In this document: positions 21,501 through 31,876 of the stretch, one piece after another
How positions within the stretch are numbered: position 1 is the first letter of the stretch
Layout: each line of letters starts with the position of its first letter
Origin: Nemertoderma westbladi
Taxonomy: Eukaryota > Animalia > Xenacoelomorpha
Direction: 5' to 3'
Assembly (NCBI GenBank): GCA_032718475.1
Contig: JAUCBJ010003643.1
Span: 1 to 40,560 of the forward strand
Length of the DNA: 40,560 bases
Position numbers and translations under genes: made by a program
Notes under the pieces: model-generated
The model's input: the letters and a program-made list of their open reading frames with translations, nothing else
The model's database searches: none
What the model was told of the DNA's origin: nothing

Positions 21501-24500
21501 AAGTTATCTATAACCAACTGGCCCCCCATTTATTCACCACACTTTTTCGATACTATGATAGAGTTTATTTTGTAGTTTTATTTGAATAGGAGAACATTTA
21601 CTTATAATTAAAGTTAATTTAAAAAAACTTAGGTAATTTTGCAATTATGAAATTAAATGTGGAATGCCTGTTCACCACCATGGGTGATCTTCCACAGTAA
21701 ACCCTTACACTCTGTTTCCTAAAGGAATGCCGGTTCACCACCATAGGTGATCTTCCACTGTAAACTCTTCCATTCTGTTTCCCAAAGGAAGGAATGCCTG
21801 TTCACCACCATGGGCGTGGGTGATCTTCCACAGTAAACCCTTCCACTCTGTTTCCTAAAGGAATGCCTGTTCAACACCATGGGTGATCTTCCACAGTAAA
21901 CCATTCTAATCTGTTTCCTAGTGGAATGCCTGGTCACCACCATGGGTGATCTTCCACAGTAAACCATTCCACTCTGGTTCCTAAAGGAATGCCTGTTCAC
22001 CACCATGGGTGATCTTCCACAGTAAACCCTTCCACTCTGTTTCCTGAAGGAATGCCTGTTCACCACCATGGGTGATCTTCCACAGTAAACCCTTCCACTC
22101 TGTTTCCTAAAGGAATGCCTGTTCACCACCATGGGTGATCTTCCACAGTAAACCCTTCCACTCTGTTTCCTAAAGGAATGCCTGTTCACCACCATGGGTG
22201 ATCTTCCACAGTAAACCCTTCCACTCTGTTTCCTAAAGGAATGCCTGTTCACCACCATGGGTGATCTTCCACAGTAAACCCTTCCACCCAGTTTCCTAGT
22301 GGAATGCCTGTTCACCACCATGGTTGATCTTCCACTGTAAACCCTTCCACTCTGTTTCCTAAAGGAATGCCAGTTCACCACCATGGGTGATCTTCCACAG
22401 TAAACCATTCCACTCTGGTTCCTAAAGGAATGCCTGTTCACGACCATAGGTGATCTTCCACAGTAAACCCTTCCACTCTGTTTCCTAAAGGAATGCCTGT
22501 TCACCACCATAGGTGATCTTCCACAGTAAACCCTTCCACTCTGTTTCCTAAAGGAATGCCTGTTCACCACCATGGGTGATCTTCCACTGTAAACTCTTCC
22601 ATTCTGTTTCCCAAAGGAAGGAATGCCTGTTCACCACCATGGGCGTGGGTGATCTTCCACAGTAAACCCTTCCACTCTGTTTCCTAAAGGAATGCCTGTT
22701 CAACACCATGGGTGATCTTCCACAGTAAACCATTCCAATCTGTTTCCTAGTTGAATGCCTGGTCACCACCATGGGTGATCTTCCACAGTAAACCATTCCA
22801 CTCTGGTTCCTAAAGGAATGCCTGTTCACCACCATGGGTGATCTTCCACAGTAAACCCTTCCACTCTGTTTCCTAAAGGAATGCCTGTTCACCACCATAG
22901 GTGATCTTCCACAGTAAACCCTTCCACTCTGTTTCCTAAAGGAATGCCTGTTCACCACCATAGGTGATCTTCCACAGTAAACCCTGCCACTCTGTTTCCT
23001 AAAGGAATGCCTGTTCACCACCATAGGTGATCTTCCACAGTAAACCCTTCCACTCTGTTTCCTAAAGGAATGCCTGTTCACCACCATGGGTGATCTTCCA
23101 CTGTAAATTCTTCCATTCTGTTTCCCAAAGGAAGGAATGCCTGTTCACCACCATGGGCGTGGGTGATCTTCCACAGTAAACCCTTCCACTCTGTTTCCTA
23201 AAGGAATGCCTGTTCAACACCATGGGTGATCTTCCACAGTAAACCCTTCCACTCTGTTTCCTAAAGGAATGCCTGTTCACCATCATGGGTGATCTTCCAC
23301 AGTAAACCCTTCCACCCAGTTTCCTAGTGGAATGCCTGTTCACCACCATGGTTGATCTTCCACTGTAAACCCTTCCACTCTGTTTCCTAAAGGAATGCCA
23401 GCTCACCACCATGGGTGATCTTCCACAGTAAACCATTCCACTCTGGTTCCTAAAGGAATGCCTGTTCACGACCATAGGTGATCTTCCACAGTAAACCCTT
23501 CCACTCTGTTTCCTAAAAGAATGCCTGTTCACCACCATAGGTGATCTTCCACTGTAAACCCTTCCACTCTGTTTCCTAAAGGAATGCCTGTTCACCACCA
23601 TAGGTGATCTTCCACAGTAAACCCTTCCACTCTGTTTCCTAAAGGAATGCCTGTTCACCACCATGGGTGATCTTCCACTGTAAACTCTTCCATTCTGTTT
23701 CCCAAAGGAAGGAATGCCTGTTCACCACCATGGACGTGGGTGATCTTCCACAGTAAACCCTTCCACTCTGTTTCCTAAAGGAATGCCTGTTCAACACCAT
23801 GGGTGATCTTCCACAGTAAACCATTCCAATCTGTTTCCTAGTGGAATGCCTGGTCACCACCATGGGTGATCTTCCACAGTAAACCATTCCACTCTGGTTC
23901 CTAAAGGAATGCCTGTTCACCACCATGGCTGATCTTCCACAGTAAACCCTTCCACTCTGTTTCCTAAAGGAATGCCTGTTCACCACCATGGGTGATCTTC
24001 CACAGTAAACCCTTCCACCCAGTTTCCTAGTGGAATGCCTGTTCACCACCATGGTTGATCTTCCACTGTAAACCCTTCCACTCTGTTTCCTAAAGGAATG
24101 CCAGTTCACCACCATGGGTGATCTTCCACAGTAAACCATTCCACTCTGGTTCCTAAAGGAATGCCTGTTCACCACCATGGGTGATCTTCCACAGTAAACC
24201 CTTCCACTCTGTTTCCTAAAGGAATGCCTGTTCACCACCATGGTTGATCTTCCACTGTAAACCCTTCCACTCTGTTTCCTAAAGGAATGCCAGTTCACCA
24301 CCATGGGTGATCTTCCACAGTAAACCCTGCCACTCTGTTTCCTAAAGGAATGCCTGTTCAACACCATGGGTGATCTTCCACAGTAAACCATTCCAATCTG
24401 TTTCCTAGTGGAATGCCTGGTCACCACCATGGGTGATCTTCCACAGTAAACCCCTCCACTCTGTTTCCTGAAGGAATGCCTGGTCACTACCATGGGTGAT

Positions 24501-27500
24501 CTTCCACAATAAACCCTTCCACTCTGTTTCCTAAAGGAATGCCTGCCTGTTCTCCACCATGGTTGATCTTCCACAGTAAACCCTTCCACTCTGTTTCCTA
24601 AAGGAATGCCTGTTCACGACCATAGGTGATCTTCCACATTAAACCCTTCCACTCTGTTTCCTAAAGGAATGCCTGTTCACGACCATAGGTGATCTTCCAC
24701 ATTAAACCCTTCCACTCTGTTTCCTAAAGGAATGCCTGTTCACGACCATAGGTGATCTTCCACATTAAACCCTTCCACTCTGTTTCCTAAAGGAATGCCT
24801 GTTCATCACCATAATAGGTGATCTTCCACAGTAAACCCTTCCACTCTGTTTCCTAAAGGAATGCCTGCCTGTTCTCCACCATGGTTGATCTTCCACAGTA
24901 AACCCTTCCACTCTGTTTCCTAAAGGAATGCCTGTTCACGACCATAGGTGATCTTCCACATTAAACCCTTCCACTCTGTTTCCTAAAGGAATGCCTGTTC
25001 ATCACCATAATAGGTGATCTTCCACAGTAAACCCTTCCACTCTGATTCCTAAATGAATGCCTGTTCACCACCATAGGTGATCTTCCACAGTAAACCATTC
25101 CACTCTGGTTCCTAAAGGAATGCCTGTTCACGACCATAGGTGATCTTCCACATTAAACCCTTCCACTCTGTTTCCTAAAGGAATGCCTGTTCATCACCAT
25201 AATAGGTGATCTTCCACAGTAAACCCTGCCACTCTGTTTCCTAAAGGAATGCCTGTTCAACACCATGGGTGATCTTCCACAGTAAACCATTCCAATCTGT
25301 TTCCTAGTGGAATGCCTGGTCACCACCATGGGTGATCTTCCACAGTAAACCATTCCACTCTGGTTCCTAAAGGAATGCCTGTTCACCACCATGGGTGATC
25401 TTCCACAGTAAACCCTTCCACTCTGTTTCCTAAAGGAATGCCTGTTCACCACCATGGGTGATCTTCCACTGTAAACCCTTCCACTCTGTTTCCTAAAGGA
25501 ATGCCAGTTCACCACCATGGGTGATCTTCCACAGTAAACCATTCCACTCTGGTTCCTAAAGGAATGCCTGTTCACGACCATAGGTGATCTTCCACTGTAA
25601 ACCCTTCCATTCTGTTTGCTAAAGGAATGCCTGTTCACCACCATGGTTGATCTTCCACAGTAAACCCTTCCACTCTGTTTCCTAAAGGAATGCCTGTTCA
25701 TCACCATAATAGGTGATCTTCCACAGTAAACCCTGCCACTCTGTTTCCTAAAGGAATGCCTGTTCACCACCATGGGTGATCTTCCACTGTAAACCCTTCC
25801 ACTCTGATTCCTAAAGGAATGCCTGTTCACCACCATGGGTGATCTTCCACTGTAAACCCTTCCACTCTGTTTCCTAAAGGAATGCCTGTTCACCACCATG
25901 GGTGATCTTCCACTGTAAACCCTTCCACCCAGTTTCCTAGTGGAATGCCTGTTCACCACCATGGTTGATCTTCCACTGTAAACCCTTCCACTCTGTTTCC
26001 TAAAGGAATGCCAGTTCACCACCATGGGTGATCTTCCACAGTAAACCATTCCACTCTGGTTCCTAAAGGAATGCCTGTTCACCACCATAGGTGATCTTCC
26101 ACAGTAAACCCTTCCACTCTGTTTCCTAAAGGAATGCCTGTTCAACACCATGGGTGATCTTCCACAGTAAACCATTCCAATCTGTTTCCTAGTGGAATGC
26201 CTGGTCACCACCATGGGTAATCTTCCACTGTAAACCCTAATATAAAACGTGATTACTTTCTGTAAAACTATTAGGTGCACCGATGGTTGGTGGTCTAATA
26301 TCCGGGTATTCAAACCGAACCCAGGTCACTGCGTTCGTTATTACTGCCAGCAGGAGGGTTGCTCAAGCGACTGGAGGTGCCAAGACTGTTCGTTAAACAG
26401 CGAACCCATACACTGTTCCTGTATGGCGGAGACACTGCCATACACATTCAAACCACGATTCTCTAAAAAATCACTAAATATATGTGTAGGTAAGAGAGTA
26501 CACATTATATATGCTAGAAAATATATATTTAATTAGTGATAATATTTATACATGAAAAAGTGACAATATACGTGAGAATATATATTAAATATATGAATGA
26601 TGAGTGTGTGAGTACATGGGGTAGTATCCTGGTTATGTTAGACTTTCGGTGTCGTTACATTAATATTTACTAACTCCACTCTATACAGATAAGGATGTTA
26701 CCCCACTTGGATGTTGGAGGACCAGCGGTACTGTGAATATACCCAGTGCAGAGGACGACCCCGAGAATAATTACCTCAGTATTGCAGCCAATCAGAGAAC
26801 AGATGATACCAAAGAGGCGCTATGTGGTTGGTCGGCGCTCAGGAGAGGTGGGAATAATAATCGATATTCAATGTGGTGTATCACCTTTTATAAAAGCAAA
26901 CAGTCGGCCGAAGCCGGAGGCGACCCGAAGGCTCCTCTTTCGATAGCTGCTACCCGAGGGTAGGGGTGGGCGCTACTCCTATCCCAAGATTTGCTCCCAG
27001 TTATTTAACTGGTACTCATTTTATCGACCCCAGTGGATGAAAGGCTGAGTGGACCCTGGCGGGGCTGAACCTACAACCAGTAGATTGCAGGCCCGGCGCT
27101 CAACCAACTGAGCTACCCCGCCGTCACCTTTTATACATTTTATTTATTATTAAATTTATTAAATAATTAAAAACAAAAGCTAAAATTTAGCAACTAATAA
27201 CGTTGATGACGTTTATATTTGTAAACTTTACTTCACAATGAGACTTTCCAAAAGTAACATATTGTAATAATTTCTATTGTTTTAGTGTCTATAATCATGG
27301 AGCTACTGGTCCGGTACCGGTACTCCTGTTTGCTTACAATTTAGGCTACAACGTATTTGGGTTGCGCGATGGAGGCCGCTGCCACTTTGGTGTAGCTGAC
27401 GACAACTCTTTGTACGGGAGGCACGAAACGTCCATCTCCGATGCGGATTGCGGAGTCGAAACATCTCGATTTGGTTCCCCGTTGCAGATGGCCGTGAACA

Positions 27501-28956
27501 GACAGAATAATATTTGGTGCGTTTATTTGTTATTTATATTTTATAGACTAAACAATAATAACTATTTAATTGGTGGAAAAAAAAAGTAGTTTTTTGTTGT
27601 CGAGCGATATTATTTGGCGAACGAAGGCGAGACAAATAAGAAAACAAGGAACAAATGTTACTTTTTACCGCCACTTATGTCGTTTTATTTGTTGTAAATC
27701 TTCTCTCACTTTTATCTGGGCCTATTTCAGCATAAATATCGTCCACCGAAGCTTCTTCCATAGTTAAATACGGGTATTACTATACCTTTGTCACCCAGAG
27801 TATGACCAAATTTTTTTATATGAAAAAGGCTTTTATAATATGAGGTTTTTTTTCTAGAACTAATATTTGACCTTCTGACAGTAGGATGGTATTTTTTTCC
27901 AAAAAATGCTCTATAAAAAAAGTGTTCTAGAAAAAATTGATAACTAACACGTGTAGAACTAGCTATTACTGTATAAAATATGGGAATTTATTCAACATTA
28001 TTGTTTTGTTGACAAAAAAATGTTATTTTTTGTCAAACTTGTTTAATTAACGACAATAAAAAGTGACAACAAATAAACGTATTTTAATGTACAACACATT
28101 CTAATATTGAGTCAACACTTTTCTAAAATTCAACACAAATTAAACATTTTCTCCTTTAATTTACTATAAAGTTGTTCACGCAACGTCAAATAAAAAAGTT
28201 AACTATTATTTGGTCGTAAGGCCAGTGATTACGCACAAAATCTGACGACTTATTCCAGTGAGGTCCCCCCTAGAACTATACTCCCCAAAGGAAACTCTCA
28301 TACTCATTTATATACCTTTTAACTTTAAGGATGCAAGGCAGATATGTACCCATGGCTGTGCCATCTTTCTATACTCATCAGACTTCGTGCCTAATCCCTG
28401 TCCTAACAGCCGAAATAAAACTTTACTTTTTTCTCTATAATCTGTTTCTCGGAAGGTACGGTAATCTCCGAGGTTGCTTCACGGGCAGCAGTTCCCTTCT
28501 GGACGCGGCGGCCACCACCTACGACGAGTGTATGAAGGCCGCTATAGCCGCCGGGGTTACGGGGGTTGAGTTCGGGTTGAAGGGAGGGACGCAATGCGTG
28601 ACCGGGTTGGATGAGGGCCAGTTGGAGATTAGCGCCTCCTGCGATGGAGCTAATGATATAGAAGTAAGTTAATCCTGCTAAATATCGTGTCTTAATTCAG
28701 TATTTATTCAGTATTTCACTATAGAAATAAAGACGTTTCTTCAATATGAACTCAAACATATTATGTTTTAGACGTTTAAGCGATTCACCGACGCCCAACT
28801 CATCACTAACACCGTCTCTACTGTGTTGGTACCGGTGCGGGATTGGGAATCGATCCCGTACCCCGACCCGGATGCGGGTCTGTCTTTCTTCAGGGACATA
28901 CCGATGCACGGTCTCTACTCGCTAGGGGATCAGTTCGGACCCCAACCAGATATCGG
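9465..28956 (+). CDS. multi-exon gene (16 exons seen, partial): EGF-like Cys-repeat, 2x WSC-like and Vps62-like extracellular protein
   Basis: All 16 exons have AG acceptors and GT (one GC) donors, and splice phases chain into one stop-free frame of ~2.4 kb. The first exon is phase 1, so the start lies upstream of the window. Confidence 0.85.
9835..10215. mobile_element. MITE-like fragment with inverted repeats aaagggtgttaagccaca / tgtggtttaacacccttt
   Basis: Inverted pair at ~9837 and ~10165, plus repeated tgtgg(c)ttaa motifs near 10028, 10136 and 10203; boundaries uncertain. Confidence 0.4.
10358..10474 (+). CDS. exon 2 (EGF-like) VECRNGAPWCRCYPEHEPYPCRCEIGYIPDPYHIGYCV
   Basis: attacag acceptor, G|gtaggt donor, 117 bp, phase 1-1. 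Confidence 0.85.
10432..11085 (+). repeat. 55-bp minisatellite (~12 copies) = exon 2 3' end + splice donor
   Basis: Unit attggatacataccggatccttaccatataggatattgtgtag|gtaggtgaaccc; the first unit overlaps exon 2. Confidence 0.95.
11408..11845. repeat. 19-21 bp GC-rich minisatellite (gcgctgagcataccttgggg), ~20 degenerate copies
   Basis: Direct reading; explains spurious ORFs 11341-11816. Confidence 0.9.
12025..12152 (+). CDS. exon 3 GYLCESGVDGFVAENVSNIDPTLLALDNDTKICGDCENMTTIE
   Basis: cctacag acceptor, gttagc donor, phase 1-0. Confidence 0.8.
12488..12623 (+). CDS. exon 4 ARLRCRCVDNRVSNIVNNVQFQGRMCVQGRSCPAEDIQPGPFFCT
   Basis: tttag acceptor, gtaatc donor, phase 0-1. Confidence 0.8.
13602..13985. 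mobile_element. foldback MITE (GGCAC...GTGCC ends)
   Basis: ggcac...aagcaaaagggtcc pairs with ggacccttttgctt...gtgcc; internal arm tggtgaatgctctagaaaattcataga pairs with tctacgaaatttctagaacgttcacca. Confidence 0.65.
14884..14997 (+). CDS. exon 5 (EGF-like) DECKPGYPNCKCALHKKLAIRKCLCETGFTIQWDQTCL
   Basis: tttccag acceptor, gtaagt donor, 114 bp, phase 1-1. Confidence 0.88.
15682..15807 (+). CDS. exon 6 (EGF-like) TQCDPGNPFCECIERGPNTTLCVCENGYTIDTRPEFLGHCR
   Basis: tgtag acceptor, gtgagc donor, 126 bp, phase 1-1. Confidence 0.88.
15937..16068 (+). CDS. exon 7 (EGF-like) YACEPGSSDPHCKQCPYSDSPKQDCRCDDGYEPTLFFGKRRCI
   Basis: ttcctag acceptor, gttagt donor, 132 bp, phase 1-1. Confidence 0.88.
   Translation, partial: ATPANLVPPTPIANNARTQTRPSRTADATTATNQLCFSGNEDA
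16169..16254 (+). CDS. exon 8 ICDTEGEIPQFSGQTSGCVVHPECLTFE
   Basis: ttttacag acceptor, gtttgt donor, phase 1-0. Confidence 0.78.
16382..16538 (+). CDS. exon 9 VAVNDHVNITCKPQCEPGYPHCLTVPGSQPGDPVTDADCDPGFATVWDRTCV
   Basis: Unusual ttgag acceptor, gtgagt donor, phase 0-1; the GC-rich, Cys-rich coding block is clear. Confidence 0.78.
17147..17310 (+). CDS. exon 10 (EGF-like) VECNEEFDHCVCPNSRDPTSCKCNITYVSTADGRCSDVCIPKRSPAVAYLNHCN
   Basis: cctcag acceptor, AAT|gtaggt donor, phase 1-0 matching the next exon. Confidence 0.85.
17289..20965 (+). repeat. 48/52-bp minisatellite (~75 copies) = exon 10 3' end + splice donor
   Basis: Unit ggcctacctgaaccactgtaat|gtaggtggaagtgcagacatatagta; the 52-bp variant has a cgac insertion; copies nearly identical. 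Confidence 0.97.
21270..21442 (+). CDS. exon 11 TRCDHNDDNCHCNPGYTAVFVNGKVDCEPVTCNHGNPNCLCNDDVSSVYWSPRETHC
   Basis: ttttag acceptor, phase 0-2, AG|gctagt (GC) donor. Confidence 0.82.
21661..26238. repeat. 63-bp intronic minisatellite (~72 copies) with higher-order variant structure
   Basis: Unit ggaatgcctgttcaccaccatgggtgatcttccacagtaaacccttccactctgtttcctaaa; recurring variant units. Confidence 0.97.
26275..26489 (+). CDS. exon 12 (R)CTDGWWSNIRVFKPNPGHCVRYYCQQEGCSSDWRCQDCSLNSEPIHCSCMAETLPYTFKPRFSKKSLNICV
   Basis: attag acceptor, gtaaga donor, phase 2-1; within ORF 26249-26536. Confidence 0.82.
26689..26847 (+). CDS. exon 13, N-half of WSC-like domain 1: DKDVTPLGCWRTSGTVNIPSAEDDPENNYLSIAANQRTDDTKEALCGWSALRR
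   Basis: tatacag acceptor; LGCW motif; donor G|gtggga (an alternative same-phase donor follows 26826). Confidence 0.72.
26893..27123 (-). mobile_element. tRNA-derived SINE (tRNA head, conserved core, LINE-like 3' tail) with 12-bp TSD
   Basis: Minus strand reads GGCGGGGTAGCTCAGTTGG (A box)...GGTTCAGCCCC (B box), then ACTCAGCCTTTCATCC...GGTCGATAAAATGAGTACCAG. TSD tcaccttttata at 26881-26892 and 27124-27135. Confidence 0.88.
27345..27516 (+). CDS. exon 14, C-half of WSC-like domain 1: GYNVFGLRDGGRCHFGVADDNSLYGRHETSISDADCGVETSRFGSPLQMAVNRQNNI
   Basis: tttag acceptor, gtgcgt donor, phase 1-2; WSC-type GYxVFGLxxGGxC motif. Confidence 0.78.
28456..28663 (+). CDS. exon 15, WSC-like domain 2: WYGNLRGCFTGSSSLLDAAATTYDECMKAAIAAGVTGVEFGLKGGTQCVTGLDEGQLEISASCDGANDIE
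   Basis: aag acceptor, gtaagt donor, phase 2-0; GCF...C...FGLxGGxxC motif. Confidence 0.8.
28772..28956 (+). CDS. exon 16, Vps62/DUF946-like start: TFKRFTDAQLITNTVSTVLVPVRDWESIPYPDPDAGLSFFRDIPMHGLYSLGDQFGPQPDIG
   Basis: ttttag acceptor, phase 0; SFFRxIPxxGxYSLGD motif. Ends at a gttggt donor (28957) or, if unspliced, at TGA 28979-28981. Confidence 0.68.
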
Positions 28957-30129
28957 GTTGGTGTTTCAAAAAATCATCTGAAACTACCGGTACCGACTGA
29001 CAGACTGTCTGATTTTTGACCAAACCTTGTTTTGTTTGATTCCATCAAGTAATGACCGAGTTATTAGCGATCATAAATTTACGATGACGACAGACGATGA
29101 CAGACAACTCGTTAATGGTAGCCACATACCAAGGCTCTCTTACTTCGTTGCTCGCCCCACAATGTACGTATAAATGTCAAGTTTTTGATTTGTTCCGTTT
29201 TTCTTCATTTTATTATGACCTGTTTAAATTCGTGCATGGACATTATAGGTACCAGTAGCTGTATGTTATGTAGATTACTGAGCTCAAGGGGCTTCAGTTA
29301 TTTAAAGCCAAATATAAATGTGATAATTAAGGGTCATGGCTACAATCCAATCAAAATTTATTGGGTTGTTAAATGAGATGCTCGCCATGACGTGGCGTCT
29401 TGTTCAATTTTCCAGTAGTTTTCCATGAAATAAAGTTTAAATTGTAATTACAGAACTGAAGAATGAAATGAAATGGTAACTGCAATTATAGATCATCGGT
29501 CTCTGATTGGTTAATGTAATTATGATTGAGTACACTGAAAAAATGGAACTCAGCTTATTCTTAAAAAAAGCGCTGTTTCTCAACAATAACCACAGTTTAA
29601 TCTCGTGACTTATTGAGCTGAGGTTATATTGAGAAAACAGCGCTTATTTATGAATAATAAAGTACAGCTTATTAACAAATTACAAACTGTGTTTAATTAA
29701 AAAAAAACACTGCTTTTTCTTAAAATAAATCATAGGTTATTTCATATTGATTATTGACAGTCAGGAATATAAACTGTGATTTTAAAAACAATTAAGCAGA
29801 GGTTAAATAATAAAAACTGTGCTTATATGGAATATCCAGGGGCAATAAATGGTGCTTATTTTCAAGATATCAATGCTTTTCCTTATAAAAACAGAGTTTA
29901 TTTCTATCTTGATTATGACAAGCCAGGAATATAAACTGTGCTTTTTTTACAAGCAGATACCACCCTCCCTGCATCCCAGATATGTTCCGCCATATTTATC
30001 CACATAGTTATGATGGGTAAGGGACAATAAACTAAAACATTTAACATCATATTATCTTTCTTAACATATTCATATTCATTCTTAACATATTACCATCTCC
30101 TTCTCCAACTTTAACAAACCTTTCAGTTA

Positions 30130-30421
30130 GGGTCCTGCGAATTTAGAATTTTTATTGAATTCGAAATTGGATGTCGAATTTGATAAATTCTAAAAGAAAC
30201 GATTTTGAATAAACAAAGGCCTAAAGTAATGAAGTCAAACGTGGCATTTTCGGATGCCCATTTTCATATCACATAATTTGAAACGAAATTAAGATTTTTT
30301 ACAGATCTGGATTCCTCATATAACGTCGAAAGTGCCCTTTTCCATTGATAAAAATCATGAAAATGGAGAAGCATAATACATAAAAATTCAAATTCGAAAA
30401 AAGTTCCAAATTCACAGGGCC
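30130..30421. mobile_element. small MITE-like inverted-repeat element nested in the CACTA 3' region
   Basis: ggtcctgcgaatttagaattttt pairs imperfectly with aaaaagttccaaattcacagggcc; no clear TSD. Confidence 0.4.
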
Positions 30422-30526
30422 AGTCCAACTATCATTAAAAACTCCACTAATAATATATTATGAATTCACAGCTGGCCAGTCCAACTATCATTATGATAAA
30501 CTCCAACTCCACCTAAAATATAATGT

Positions 30527-31876
30527 TCATTCCTCTTCTGTAACCGGTATGCTACTCGAAAGGACCTCATCAGAACAAATGATTTCATATTCGTCAGCAA
30601 TAGCTTCTGTTCCACGAATAAAGGCATTGGAACTTGTAGGCTTTGGTTGTGAGAGCTTTAAATTATCAAGGTATGGGACAATGTAGTCGGAGGTATGTTT
30701 AATCCATGCGTAATTGTTTGAGCCGAAAAAGAATACCCATTTAAAAGAATCTTCGTCATTTCTTGGCTTTGGAGCAGCTGCCCCCTCGGGAGGTACCTCA
30801 ATTCGCGCAGGCCAAAAAATATTGGTCTTCCTCTGGCGCGCCCAGACTAAAGCCTCTACTCCACACTCGACTTCTTCTTGTGTGTTATCTTCACTACCAT
30901 CTGCCGATGTATCTTGATATACTATTTCTTCTTCTTCTGAGCTACTTGATATATATGGTTCAGGGATAGTTTTCTTCCGTTTCCTTTTGGGTTGGTCACG
31001 CTGAGGCAATGCCGATTTTCTTGATATATATTGCTTCTGCAATTTAGCTGCATCAGCCAAAGTAGCCGATGATACAGAGACAGGCAGTTGAGCTTCTTTG
31101 TTAACAGTATTAACAGTGAAACTAGTCGCAGCTACAGAGACAGATGGCTGGGCTTCATCAGTAACCTCAGTCGTAATGTCTGACGTTGGGGGAATTACAA
31201 CAATGTTATCCTTTTCCTTACCTATCCTGGCCCCATGTGATTGTCTCCATTTATAATTATGTCGTGATTTAGAATATTCATGACGAAATACTAACATCAA
31301 GTCATTTCGGCGGTTCGAATGTTTCATCTTAAATTCAGTATAAACTTCACATACAGACCTTGCTATGTCATCTAAATTATTTATTTCTCGCATCTCAAAA
31401 TCCCTAACAAATGTTCGCATGCACATATTGTAAAAGTTTGTATTCGTGGTGGACTTAGACATCAACTCCTTTGAATTTATACTGTTTATGTCAATTTTTA
31501 AAACTGGTAAAATATTTTCACCTGCTTTAACTGGCAATGGAGGAATATAATACAGTTGGCCATTTGGAAGGGTGATTAGTTTTAACGTTGAGCGTAGCGA
31601 TTCACCATGATCATCTGACGACGATGGATCTATCAAATCTGAATCTATGGTTCCAGGTGTAAGTGGCAAAGGAACAGCTGGAGAACTCACACTTTTATTA
31701 CCAGGGATACTGCAGCCATTAACAGGACATATTAGCCAATGTTCCTTAATTATTAATCCACAGCATTTGCGAGGTGGTTCTGGTTCCACAATTTGAGAGA
31801 GACACTTTGGACACTGTTTATAACATGGTAGAAGTTCTTCACTGCAGTTGTTGACTCCACAGACTTTACTTTCCAT
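30527..31876 (-). CDS. transposon ORF2: N-terminal Cys-rich double zinc ribbon, helical middle domain, basic NLS-like motif, acidic tract, C-terminal PWWP domain (449 aa)
   Basis: Intact intronless ATG-TGA ORF. CGVNNC..CPKC..CC..CPVNGC; PKRKRKK; LVWARQRKTNIFWPARI...WVFFFGSNNYAWI matches the PWWP consensus. Confidence 0.88.
   Translation of the reverse strand: MESKVCGVNNCSEELLPCYKQCPKCLSQIVEPEPPRKCCGLIIKEHWLICPVNGCSIPGNKSVSSPAVPLPLTPGTIDSDLIDPSSSDDHGESLRSTLKLITLPNGQLYYIPPLPVKAGENILPVLKIDINSINSKELMSKSTTNTNFYNMCMRTFVRDFEMREINNLDDIARSVCEVYTEFKMKHSNRRNDLMLVFRHEYSKSRHNYKWRQSHGARIGKEKDNIVVIPPTSDITTEVTDEAQPSVSVAATSFTVNTVNKEAQLPVSVSSATLADAAKLQKQYISRKSALPQRDQPKRKRKKTIPEPYISSSSEEEEIVYQDTSADGSEDNTQEEVECGVEALVWARQRKTNIFWPARIEVPPEGAAAPKPRNDEDSFKWVFFFGSNNYAWIKHTSDYIVPYLDNLKLSQPKPTSSNAFIRGTEAIADEYEIICSDEVLSSSIPVTEEE

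Noticed and set aside
21719-26313. Minus-strand ORFs of MVVNRHSFRKQSGRVYCGRSP repeats
   Set aside because: Translation of a 63-bp satellite with frame-breaking variants and no unique coding flanks.
27050-27123. tRNA gene (TGC/GCA anticodon-like loop)
   Set aside because: Degenerate T-arm, no terminator, continues into a SINE core and is bounded by a TSD; it is a SINE head.
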